From Botryllus schlosseri (lineage: Eukaryota), in the NCBI GenBank assembly GCA_051294905.1, contig CM119381.1, positions 25,668,001-25,732,000 on the forward strand: 64,000 nucleotides of DNA, written 5' to 3'. The position numbers and the translations under genes are program-made. The notes under the pieces were generated by a model. That model ran no database searches, had not been told where the DNA came from, and saw only the letters and a list, made by a program, of their open reading frames with translations. This document shows, piece after piece, positions 36,742 to 47,890 of this stretch. Position 1 is the first letter of the stretch, and every line of letters starts with the position of its first letter.

Positions 36742-37357
36742 CAATGTTCCCTCTAATTTTTGACGAGTCTGCGCACACCCACCTACTCACCGCGCAGACC
36801 CTTGGACAACAGTGCGCAAGCGCAACTATAGAGACTGTAGGCGCCACAAGACAATGCCCAACTGATTCAAGTCTATTACTGATTGTGACGCAATCCACAC
36901 TCTCTCTGAATGGCGTCACAATCAGTACGAGACGTGAATCAGTTAGGCATTGTTCTGATTGTTTTGAAACAATGTCCATTGCACACTTTCAAAGCGAATT
37001 TAGGTAAGTTTCAGCGGTCTGACCGGATTATAATTTATATTTTTTGAATCAGTACGACAGTAGCTTTCGAATAAGACAAGTTTTAATTAAATTTAGTGGT
37101 CGGGTCGCCTTCAATAGGATTATCGTTCTAATAGCAAATGCGGTAGAAATATGAGAGTTGCATCTCAACACCCGGTGTCGCTATACGCAACTACGTTATC
37201 ACTGAAGAGGTCTACTGCTTCCCGGCTAGTTTGTAAAGGCTATGGCGCAACGACTAAAAAAAGGTCATCACTTCAGATTTTTTGTGCGCAACTTGGATTT
37301 TCTGTGCGCAGTGACCTTGACAGCAATGCGCACGTGCGCAGCTTAGAGGGAACATTG
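36742..37357. mobile_element. Family D MITE with ~410-bp unclassified insert (~36830-37240)
   Basis: TIR caatgttccctctaa/ttagagggaacattg, TSD cgactcag/cgactcgg. The family D interior is interrupted at gcgcaa. Confidence 0.82.
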
Positions 37358-38148
37358 CGACTCGGCATTCAAAACCACAAGCTACCACGTAATACGACAA
37401 CAACTAGAACGCCAAACAGACACCTGCACCAACCCCTTCAAAACACAGACACACCGATTTCAAAAAAGTGATTCAATTCTCATGTCAAAACATCACGAAC
37501 GGCAAAATACATTTACATAAACATCGAATGTTAATAGCATCAGTACGGCTTAATTACCAAGCCGACGACGAAGCAGTTCGAAAACTCGTCAGCAGCTTCC
37601 GAGATTCGTCTATTTCTACGTCCTGACCTTATCATCCCAAAATGGCGTATAAATAACTAGGGCTGCGCACAATGATTGAGTACTCGAATCTGAATCGAGT
37701 ATCAGAGATATTATTTTACAGTAATGAAATTATGCTTCCCGCTAAAAATTTTATGTATCAGCAAAAAGATAGTATTTTCCACCTTAGCCTAAAACCACAG
37801 TCGTATCGCAGCATACGAAACATATAAGCACCGCACTTTAGTGGAAACGACACATCTCCGAAGCTAAGTGCGTTGCATTAGGTACGGTAGAAAAAATACC
37901 AATTTATCCTTGTAATGCATCTTCAAGGCAGCATTAAGGTACACATTCAAGCTTTTTACACCTTTCGAACACATACGACGCTGCAATGAGTGATAATCAA
38001 CTCAGAACCAAATCGATTCAGTTCAGCCCTATAAATAACCGATATAAGCGCTTTCGACATCAACTGTTCATACTCCCTAATCGGATGCCGCAAAAATTCC
38101 ACAATTGGAACAACATTTCTTTGGCATCCAAACGATCGCGTTATCGCA

Positions 38149-41100
38149 TTACGAAGCCGAAGGAGGGGGCGGGGGCGGCGCGGGGGGCATTCCGTACCCC
38201 ATCCCCATGCCGTAACCCATATTCCCGTAACCCATGTTCCACTGTTGTTGCTGGTCGCCGCCAGACTGGTCGTTGGTCTTGCTGTCGTCGCTACCGGGAG
38301 GTGGAGGTGGCACAGGTACGGGTCCCGGGGGCATCGGCGGTTGGCCCATTCCGGCCATGTTACCGCCCCACATGCCCCAGCCCATGTTGCCGTAGCCCAT
38401 CATGTTCTGAGCTGTAGACAGAAAGGCAATATTAAGTACAGTAACAACCCCTAAAGCAATGGTCGAAAAGTCTTCGACAACTAGATAATTCTAAGTAGAG
38501 AAAAATGCTGGTAATCGAATTCTATTCATTTGAGAAACGTGTTTTATCTCTAATTTGAACTCTAAACCTAATTTCTGGTTTTGATTTGATAAGAACACAA
38601 CACTTGTCTATTTTCTTTTGAATTTAAATCAAGTTTTTGCAAATTCAGTAATTCCAATCTAAATTTGAAAAACTAGCTATAAATCTAATTTGGAAATGCT
38701 GAATATTTTAGTTGTACAACTTGCTAGACCGTTCAGCATTAAAAAAAGGTTTCCCTTTGCCCGAAAGAATTTGACCCGGTTGTTCACAATCCACAAATTC
38801 CGGAACCAGCACACAACGAACCCGCATAATTCATATTCTGACTGCCGTCGCTTCCGTCCGTGGCGCCACCCCATTGCTGTCCCTGCCAGCCTGATTGTCC
38901 CGACTCGTCCGGCCCGCTACCAGGTGGAGGAGGCGGCTGCGATGACCCGCCCGGTGGTGGCGGAGGAGGGTTCATCATGCCCATACCCCCGTTAGGGTCC
39001 TGCCATCCCATACTGTTGTCGTAGCCCTGCTGTCCCATCCACATGTTACCTGGTGGTAAAATGTAATCTTGGTGTCGTGGTCTGATACTTGATTGGTGAC
39101 ATGCTAAGTAATACATTCATTTTCGAATTTATTATAACAGTGTTGATGCATCGTGTTGATGACAATATGATGACATTTCTACTGCCGAAATCCTTGTTCA
39201 ACCCCACCAGGTGTGTAAGAAAAGGCGTATTCGCGCACCTTGCATGCCTCCCATGTTGCCTTGCATGGCTCCCATGTTGTTGCCGCCCATCGAGTTGTAG
39301 TCTTGCTGATAGCCCTGTTGCTGATAGTCGTTGGAGCCAGAGTTATTGCTGTATCCTCCGCTGTTATTGCCCCCTCTGTAGTTGCCCCGGCCGCCACCTC
39401 CTCGTCCGCCACCGCGGTTCCACGAACCCCTGTTTCCACCCATGTTACTTTGCCTGAATTCAGAGAATAAAGCTTGCACTGCTGCGCTCTACTTGCCGAC
39501 TCTGACCGACATTTCATTATAATTTTGAAGAATAGTAAAGTAACCACATTATTGAGATTTCGTCTATTGGTACTGGTACTTGAAAATGCAACCAGAAACT
39601 GCCAAAAGTGAGGAAAATTAGCATATTATATGCAAATCATTCGATATCACCAACCAACCAGAGCTATAAAAAGTGGGTTTACAATACTTTTAACTGAAAA
39701 TTTAGTAGTCAACACCATACTCGGACTCGACCCTCTGCTCGATGACGTGACTCGGTATGAGTCAAAAATGACTCGAGTCAAAACTATAAAGTGAAATTGA
39801 CTTGTGACTTGGTAACAACCCTGAGTCCAGAAGTCGGTTTACCATCTCAAGTCTTGATTAATCGCGAGGCAAATTGCGGCTTTAGCGGATTCAATTATTT
39901 TAAATCAGAATCATTCGAAATACTATGTCAATAGGCTTGTTCTACATACCTTTTTTAAATTTTACTGTCTACTCGATAAAACTGTACGGATGCCAAGAAA
40001 ACGATGTTTTACAAATTTGGCGCAATTACTACAAAAAGTTATTTGCGTTGGGAAATTCTATCATTATCGATTTGGAATAAATTCATTTTCATTAATATCA
40101 AACAAATCCAAGATTGTCTCATCTCATCTCTCTCTCTCTCTCTCCCTAATGTCCCAAGTCCAAATCCAGCTTCAAAATTGTCAGTAATCCACATATGACC
40201 TGAATCTTCAAATCCACATTTTGGAAGCAAAATCCGTGATAGTCTACAGCAGTGGTTATCAAACTTTTTTTAGACACGCCCCCCTTTTTGATAATGAAAA
40301 ATTTCGCGCCCCCCCCCCCCCTATCGTCATATCACAAAATCCAACTGGGATGCTAGCAACCCTAACAAATTGTTTGGTAATATGGTCGGTTATGAATGTT
40401 GATGAGTCATGAGAGAATAAAAAATACGAAATTGGGTCTATATAGAGAGAAACACGCGTGTATTGGAGGTAAATCGGGCGGAGCGCGAAAATTTTTTTCA
40501 GGTGACCGGTTCTTCGCGCCCCCTTCAAATGTTTCACGCCCCCCCAGGTTGAGAACCCCTGGTCTACAGGATTTACTGGACACATGACGAGTTTGGACTC
40601 AATTTTCAAAGTGGAAGGTTGAGAGTAGCATCTTGGCATACACTTAAATCAAAAACATCAGAACCGGCAAAATAGAACTTCATAACAATATAAACACCAC
40701 AGATCACTCACCCGCCATATCCCTGACTCTGGTTCTGCGTGCCGACCCCCATGAGCGGGGGAGGTTTCTGGGATCCGCCACCCTGACCGGACGACGTCCA
40801 GGGGTTGGGGCCTTGCGGACCGCCGCCCCCGCCCGCCTTCACGCTCGGCGGAGGGCCCTGACCCAGCTCGGCCATTAGAGAAAGGTACTGAAGGGAAAAT
40901 CGAAAGGTTAGCATTAAGCTTGAATGTCACTAAGAAATCGGGTCACTCAGTTTGATTTAGCACGATTATTCATGCAACCAAGTTGACAATATAAAGATTT
41001 TTGTGGAAATATAACTTCAATGAAGACCTGAACGTATTTCAAAGCACGAAAATACCATTATCTATTAATATTCGGTATTTGGAGGCTCCTAATCCTTATC

Positions 41101-44100
41101 CGACCAAACCTAATCCCAGCACATATATACAAATGGCCTAATTCCCCAAGTGCCATACATAATAATTCCTATTCAGTGCAATTGAATAGCATATTCATAT
41201 TGAAATGAACCCGAAAGTTTTCGGCTGACACTCGTCAGCAACTAGTAGAGAATTGGAAAGAACATTGTATCACAAAACATGACGTCACCACAGCATGAAA
41301 TTTCGTACAAGAGAACGTTCAATGCACTATTTTTAGATATTCAGTACAACATCCTGTTTCGAATACATTAAGCAAAATCGATGCATTGCTTTCATAATAA
41401 CAACAGTTATCACATTTCTAATGCCATATTCATCAAGTGCCGAACTCGCAAAGTATTGTATATCCCAATTCATGCTTGGATTCGGTATTCATTTTCGAAT
41501 TTATCAATATGATATCAATCAATCAATGCATCACTTTCATTATAATAGTAGAAATAGTTATCACTAGGGCATCGCTAGGGCAAGTTTTAGCAATTCTTTT
41601 TTACAGCCTCCTAAATACTCGGAAGTTATGTAGAATGCAGTTTTAATCTGTTTGAAGGAATATTGTGGCGCGACTTTTTGCAACTTTTGTCCATTTTTTT
41701 CATGCAACTTTTTCAATTTTTCATGAAAGTTTGTTCGATTTTTCATGCGATCGACTATTTACTGGAAATATTTGGCAGTATATGTAAATAGATCGCTTGA
41801 TTATGTCACTGTTTTTTTTTAGTCAACCGACCAAAATGTGGTCTTCTAGTGAAACTTTTGCAAATCAAACTTTTCTACTGCAAAACTTGTCCTGGTTATC
41901 ACAATTCTAATGTCTCATTCAACACAAAAACCAACTCACCTCGCTGTCCATCTTAGCTTTATCCGCGTGAGACATCTGCTGGTTTGCGTTTTCCTGCTGT
42001 TGCAGCCCCACGCTGGGCGCCGGCGTCATGCAATCCTGCGCGATGTGACCGCGACCCCCGCATTTCGTGCACACCGTCGTGTTAGTGATGTTCTGATTCT
42101 CCGGCCGCAACCATTCTCTCTCCCTGTCAACGAGCGCAAAGCGATCAGTTTCCATCCCCAACACAGAAAGATACAATCAAACACAAACCGTGGCATTTGG
42201 TCGTCTCTGAGAGTCCCGTTCAACCGCGCCAATTCCATGAGCTGGTTCTTCCGCAAGTCGTTTTGCCCTTCTGGTTGTTCAATTCCCTGTCATAACCATA
42301 TCAAATTTAACAAACCGGGCCATCGCGCATCGGGGGGGGGGGGTTGAAGTTTCCAAATTTACCAAATTAGCATTTTAATAAAGTAATAAAGAAATTAAAT
42401 ACAATCAAGTACAAGTGAAAATTCTAATGTAGGATATATAAGCCGGTATAAGCTTCACTTTTGCATGATACAAACACTGCATTTCACATACAAAGGAATA
42501 CGTAAAACTCAGCAGGAGATGGCACACCGCTTTGAGCTGCAAACTGGGTATTATGGCTCCTGCAAACAATCACAACACAAAGCTACAGAGAGAAAACAGG
42601 GGCAATAGCCAGATGAGCTCAACAAGGAATTCAAAGCACATGATGTTATTTTAAATACTCAACACCTCCAAGGCGAACTTGTCTATGATGGCTATTTACT
42701 CTGCAAATGACAAATTAAGACTTAACATTGAGGGTGCACACAATATTTAGCCATCACCTGTTTGATAATCCTGTTGATTTCGGCAGTCGCTTTCTGTACG
42801 TCTTCTATTTTCGTGCCCGTTATCAGAGCATGTAACGGCTCGTCTTCCCCGGGAAGAGGCATTCCGTCCTTCCTGCCGATCTTCCCTTCCTTCACCGATC
42901 CTTTCCCTCTGATCATGATCTTGCAGTTACTCTGAAAATTCAATATTATTAGTGTTTTTTTTTAAAAAGGAACTACCTTCCCGGTCGTGCGATCAAAGAA
43001 AGCAACTCAAATCAAAAATTACCTCTTTCTCAATTTTCTTCAACGTGTTTCCTCTCGGACCGATGAGAAGACCGACGAAATTGATGCTGGGGTTCAAGTC
43101 GGCCGGTATGTTGATCTGCTCGCTGATTCTTTGAATCGGAGGCCTACGAAATAAATCGAAAACGTTCACACACATCACAGATAATTCACCGTACACTTGT
43201 ATAAAATTCGCTGCTGAAAACGAACTGCATACCGCTATTGGTGGATACTGACCGCTCAGACAGAATTGGGTATAAAACTCAAAAATCAATAATTAGATTG
43301 GAGCCTACATGGTGTGAGCTCAGTATTGGGCCCATCGACCAAAACTTGTTCATCCAGTTTGTCTTACCACAGTTAATTTGTAAAATTACATATATGTAGG
43401 ATAGATATATGCGTTTATAATACATATTTATCAAACACAATCTTACTTATTGCAAGTACGGTATATTTATTTCTGACACATTATCATTATCAGATTTTGT
43501 GACCAGGTGACGACATGTAGCGAATCAAAGGTTGTACCGCTGGCCATCATTTCACAGAAAAGTTCCTCTTATTTTGTAAAACGAACTTCAGCATGCCGTT
43601 CTTAGTAGCAGTGCTTCGAAACGGACTAGTGACGTGGACAATTTCAATTTTATAAAATGGCGGTAATTAATATTTACTTGTAGTCCATGGGAGGCTTGTA
43701 GTTTTCGTTGATGCGGATCATGTCCTGGATCAGTTTGTGTCGATCTTCCTCGTATTTCTTCCTGGTGCGATATTCGCGCGTGTTCAGTCTCTTGCCGTCA
43801 TTGTTATAAATCGGCTCGGGAGACGGCGACCTAAAATGACAGCGGGAAAGAACGGATGAATAAGGTAGACATCACCATAGCTATATATCTACCGGTAAAT
43901 GTAGACTACAGACATTGAATACACAGTGTCTACAATTCGGCATCAACAGCCAAAGATTCTATTTCAGCCGTTAGTTTCATCACCAATGGGAGTAAACAAA
44001 TCGTTTAACGGTAGGGCTGGGCATTAAGAACGAGTAATCGAGCAGTGCCAGTCAGGCTGTTCAGTAGTGATCAACCTGCGGAATTGCCAATCATTACTTT

Positions 44101-46156
44101 GAAGTCAAGCTGACACTAACTTTATAAGTAGTCACTCTTATTCAGCTATTCGAATATTTACTTGTCGGATTTTTTCCGAGCGCATACAGAGTAATGCACG
44201 AAAAATCGACTCAAGTTCAATACTCAACCCGAGAATCGAATCACGCAGGTACTCGATTTTGCCCAGCCCTATTTTAGTCGTAAATAAAGACCTAGTCGGC
44301 TAGTTATCACAAGAAAAACATCATGCTCAGATAACTAAAAAAGTAACGAGGTTTTGTCGAATTCAGCCTTTGATCTGAAACAGGGCCCAACGATAAATTG
44401 AAAACAAAACTGGTTGTATTCATCAATCGCGTTATTGCTGCTAAGAGCGGCACACAGCAGTTGCACTTCTGTGTCCGACGTAGTTTTGAAGATTACGCTT
44501 TGGGCTAAAAACGAAAGGCTGTTTGATTAATGAACGTTAAGGTTGTCATCGACCCATAGCAGAAGGCTTTTGCGACCTGCTCTGTGATAAATATCAAGAT
44601 TATGTCACGCGTTTGGCTAAAAATGTAAAGCTGCTCGATGAGAGTTAAATTTGCCATGAAACAGCAGAATGCTTTTGCAACCTGCTCACAGCTGTGATAA
44701 ATGTCAAGATTATGTTATTATCGTTGAGCTTGATCGAACACCAGCATTGTATGACTCGGAATCTCGTCGCCAATGCCATCTCGTAGCCGTAAAAAAGAAG
44801 AAAACGTTAGATCTAGGTAATAGCAAAATCCCAAAGGCTGTCAGCGCTTTGGTGTTACCAAACCTGTCCTCTGGATTTGCCGGAATGCCCAAGTCCCCAC
44901 TTTTCAACTTTCTCGTCAAATCTTCGATCTGTAGCTGTACTGTTAATTTGATGGGTTACGGAAACCAATCATAAAAGAGAAAAAAAGTTGCGTTTGTAAC
45001 ATGAAAAGAACAGTTTCGTTGCAATTACCTAAAAAGATAAACGTTACAAGCTAATTCATCAATACTTACCATTAATTAATCGACACAAAAAGGGGTTAGA
45101 AATGCAATAATTGGTAAACATTACTACATCTAACCCAATATGGAATCGGTGTCTCGTGCACACCAAAGATTCTACTGACTGCACACAGGTGACGCCGAGA
45201 ACCGCCTTGGCACACCAAAGATATTGCGCTAAGCGTACCGGGATTCCAACCTGGCATCTAACGAACATTTCAAAACCATAAGATTCAAATTACCTATATA
45301 GGCTTTTTGCTGTTCTGGAGTGAGGTTGGCTGGCATCGAGGAAGGGATACCGGGTATATCTGTCTTGGTTTCCGGATTGCCCCATCGGCTTCTTTTCTTT
45401 CGTGGTCTCCCGCGTTCATCCTGGGTATTATTATTAGGCTGTGGCGGTGGCTGCACTTGAGGTGGTGGAGCAGAATCTGAAACAAATACAAATATTGGAA
45501 TCAAGGCTTCAAGATTACAAGACGCGATGTGAAGTAATTGTAGGATTACACTTCAATAGCTTATTGATTTGAAAAAATATGGAATTGTGCCTTTTCCTTA
45601 ATAACACACTTGGGAAGATTCCCACGCAACCAGGCTAATTTAGTGGTGTGACGAGACGAGTAAGGATATAAAGTCGTTGTATTTAACATCAGGATCACTG
45701 ATCACATACGGTACCCTTGGATTTCATCCAGTTTTCACTGACGTAAAAGTTATATCAGAATTGTCAAAGACGTATTACTTGTACAAACTACTGGATTTTC
45801 AAAATGCAAAACTATTGAACAACAACTACTCAAAACTCGCAACTAGAACTAACGACCTTTAACGACCCGCTAAAAGATTGTATTTTAATAACAAATTTAT
45901 AATAATTGCACTTACAGTTGTTAAATTTCTTCGCTTGCAAGCTGGCAGCGGCAGCTTGAGCCGCCCTCAATGCCTCGGCCGCATTCCCACTGATCGTGGG
46001 AGCCTTGGCAGGAGGAGGTATAGGAGGTTTTAGCAGCGACGGTTGATTAGGCGGAGGTACGGATGAAAACGATCTCTTCGCGCCGATCGCGGGATTCCGC
46101 GGCCCAAGGGGAATCGCATTAGCCCCGGTAAATCCTGAACCACTACCTCTCGGCAT
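38149..46156 (-). CDS. SF1: Splicing factor 1 / branchpoint-binding protein, 12 coding exons
   Basis: Exons 45916-46156, 45294-45476, 44864-44939, 43678-43830, 43023-43143, 42758-42931, 42189-42286, 41940-42123, 40712-40887, 39239-39453, 38822-39049, 38149-38411. Motifs: ULM RKKRSRW, RSPSPEP, KH NFVGLLIGPRG, QUA2 NDLRKNQLMELARLNGTLR, knuckle CTKCGGRGHIAQDC, G/P/N/M-rich tail. Confidence 0.96.
39500..39823 (-). mobile_element. Partial family A MITE in SF1 intron 9
   Basis: Ends ggtaacaaccctg. Interior is the reverse complement of the 31370 left half. Confidence 0.75.
40250..40561. mobile_element. Buster-type hAT MITE (family H)
   Basis: cagtggttatcaaac/ggttgagaacccctg. Perfect TSD gtctacag (40242-49, 40562-69). 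Confidence 0.9.
41180..41345 (-). repeat. Family B copy with 13-nt deletion removing hammerhead stem I
   Basis: Reverse complement reads tagttgCTGACGAgtgtcagccGAAAactttcgggtt. The segment ttacccctgacga present in intact copies is missing. Confidence 0.85.
44012..44271. mobile_element. MITE with tagggctgggca termini
   Basis: tagggctgggca/tgcccagcccta with tactcga repeats, no clear TSD. Related partial ends at ~37659 and ~56629. Confidence 0.65.
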
Positions 46157-46494
46157 AGTCTCGTATAATATGTATTTCAATCGTATTGATACCGCAATGT
46201 AAAACAGTCCACCTTATTTATTCTATATGCAGTAACAGTCGATATGTAAAAGCGAGCTTTGACGCGAACAGTACGAAAGCAAACGTGGAGGAAAAAATCA
46301 CGTCACGTGACTTGAGATATCTCAAACCTCCACCCGAAAATCCCAGCCATCGCCTGATTTCGTTACAAATAACAAATATATCTCAACAATAAGGAAAATT
46401 GCTACAAATATTCCACGGCTTTTATACGGTGATTAAAAGCAAAATTTTGGCGAGTTGAAAGGTCTTGAAAGGCCTGCGCTTCAAATATACATAT

Positions 46495-46700
46495 CAGATA
46501 TCAGTCACCCGCCTGGCCTAAGCGATTTAAAAAAGGAGGCATACACACTGAATTAAAGGTAAAAGAAGATAATATAAGGTCAAGGTGAGTATCTGTGAAA
46601 GACACTCCAAGACATTTCGGCACCTTCCTATCTTTACATTATGTCGCAATCTTGTGTTGCTTAAATAAAACGACAATGATGACAGCGATGATGAATGATA
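46495..46700. mobile_element. LINE 3'UTR fragment with 5' inversion
   Basis: ~46500-46580 is the reverse complement and ~46585-46690 the forward copy of adjacent parts of the LINE 3'UTR seen at 620-685/1541-1690 and 49960-50130. Degenerate atgatga tail. Confidence 0.65.
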
Positions 46701-46930
46701 CGGACAGGAAAGAGAGAGAGATGTTGCTTTCATTGAAATGATTCCTATATTAGTAACTACGCCAGTAATCTCATATACTTTGGATAACGCGGTATAGTTG
46801 TAAAACAGTACATATATACCATGATTGAATGGGCTACTTACATTTCGTTGATACGGTGGATTTCAATAGAGCGCGCCACCATGCGAATATTCGGTTACTC
46901 CGAGCACCGGCATCGCCGGATTACGTTCGG

Positions 46931-46940
46931 TCCTTTTGTG
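46931..46940 (+). promoter_or_regulatory. Possible 5'TOP/TCT-type start of RPL29
   Basis: tccttttgtg pyrimidine run 35 nt upstream of the RPL29 ATG, as is typical for ribosomal protein genes. Confidence 0.4.
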
Positions 46941-46965
46941 CATACGGATCGCCGAGTCAGGAAGC

Positions 46966-47148
46966 ATGGCCAAGTCGAAGAATCATACCAACCATAATCA
47001 ATCTCGAAAATGGCATAAGAACGGTATCAAACGACCGAAGAATCAGAGATATCCGTCTTTAAAGGGAGTGTGCCCGAAATTCCTTAAAAACATGCGTTTT
47101 GCCAAGAAGCACAACAAGCCAGGAGTCAAGGCTGCCCCGAAAAAGTAA
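46966..47148 (+). CDS. RPL29: 60S ribosomal protein L29 (eL29), 60 aa, intronless CDS
   Basis: [24 protein letters not shown]...[26 protein letters not shown] at 47243-47248. Confidence 0.97.
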   Translation: MAKSKNHTNHNQSRKWHKNGIKRPKNQRYPSLKGVCPKFLKNMRFAKKHNKPGVKAAPKK

Positions 47149-47890
47149 ATGGCGAAGTTTCAGACCGAGCATGCTTCAAAGACGATTCCTTCGAACAGGA
47201 TAGAATAGTCTGAAGAGCGATTCTTGCTGTACTCTACGTCCTAATAAATGAAACGGATTTCATAAGCTTGTGGTTTGCGCCTTTGCTGGGAATTTAGGGA
47301 TTTTTAGTTATGGCCGCTGTGAGCAGTTTGAATAGGTCGTTTTGTATAGCCAAGTGATAGCACTATTCATACATTTAAGCGCCTCCCATGCTTGTTACCT
47401 CTGGGCTGGCTATGACAGTAACCTGTTCAAGAAGATGGACATGCTACTATCACCCAAAATTCCATGTGAGATATTTACCGTACCGGTATAGTATTTTTAT
47501 AGTGACGATTGAAAAGTACCATTAAACTCGATCGAGTCCCAGGATAGTTCTTATTTAAAAAGACACATTGAACGAAGCCATTCCGTTCTTAAGAATGACA
47601 GGGATGAGATTTTCTCCAACGATACTTAGAGTCCTTGAATTAATTCTTGTAACTTGAAACTGATGTATGCCGCTCTGTATGCTACGTGGCAAATTGGGCT
47701 GTGAGCCTGCGACGAAATCTGTAACGCCTTGTAAATCTCACTTGAGTAGTATATCAGCCACTTCTTTTTCACGTAACACCAAGTCAATATATAACAACAT
47801 AATTTTCAAATCCGCAGTAAATATTGTAAATTGGAAAAAACTCTGATATATTGTACTTGCATAAATGATATATTGAACTTGCATAAAATG

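Noticed and set aside
38245-39470. Plus-strand ORFs opposite SF1 exons (also those opposite RPF1, BLZF1 and THAP)
   Set aside because: Antisense shadows of GC-rich or low-complexity coding exons.
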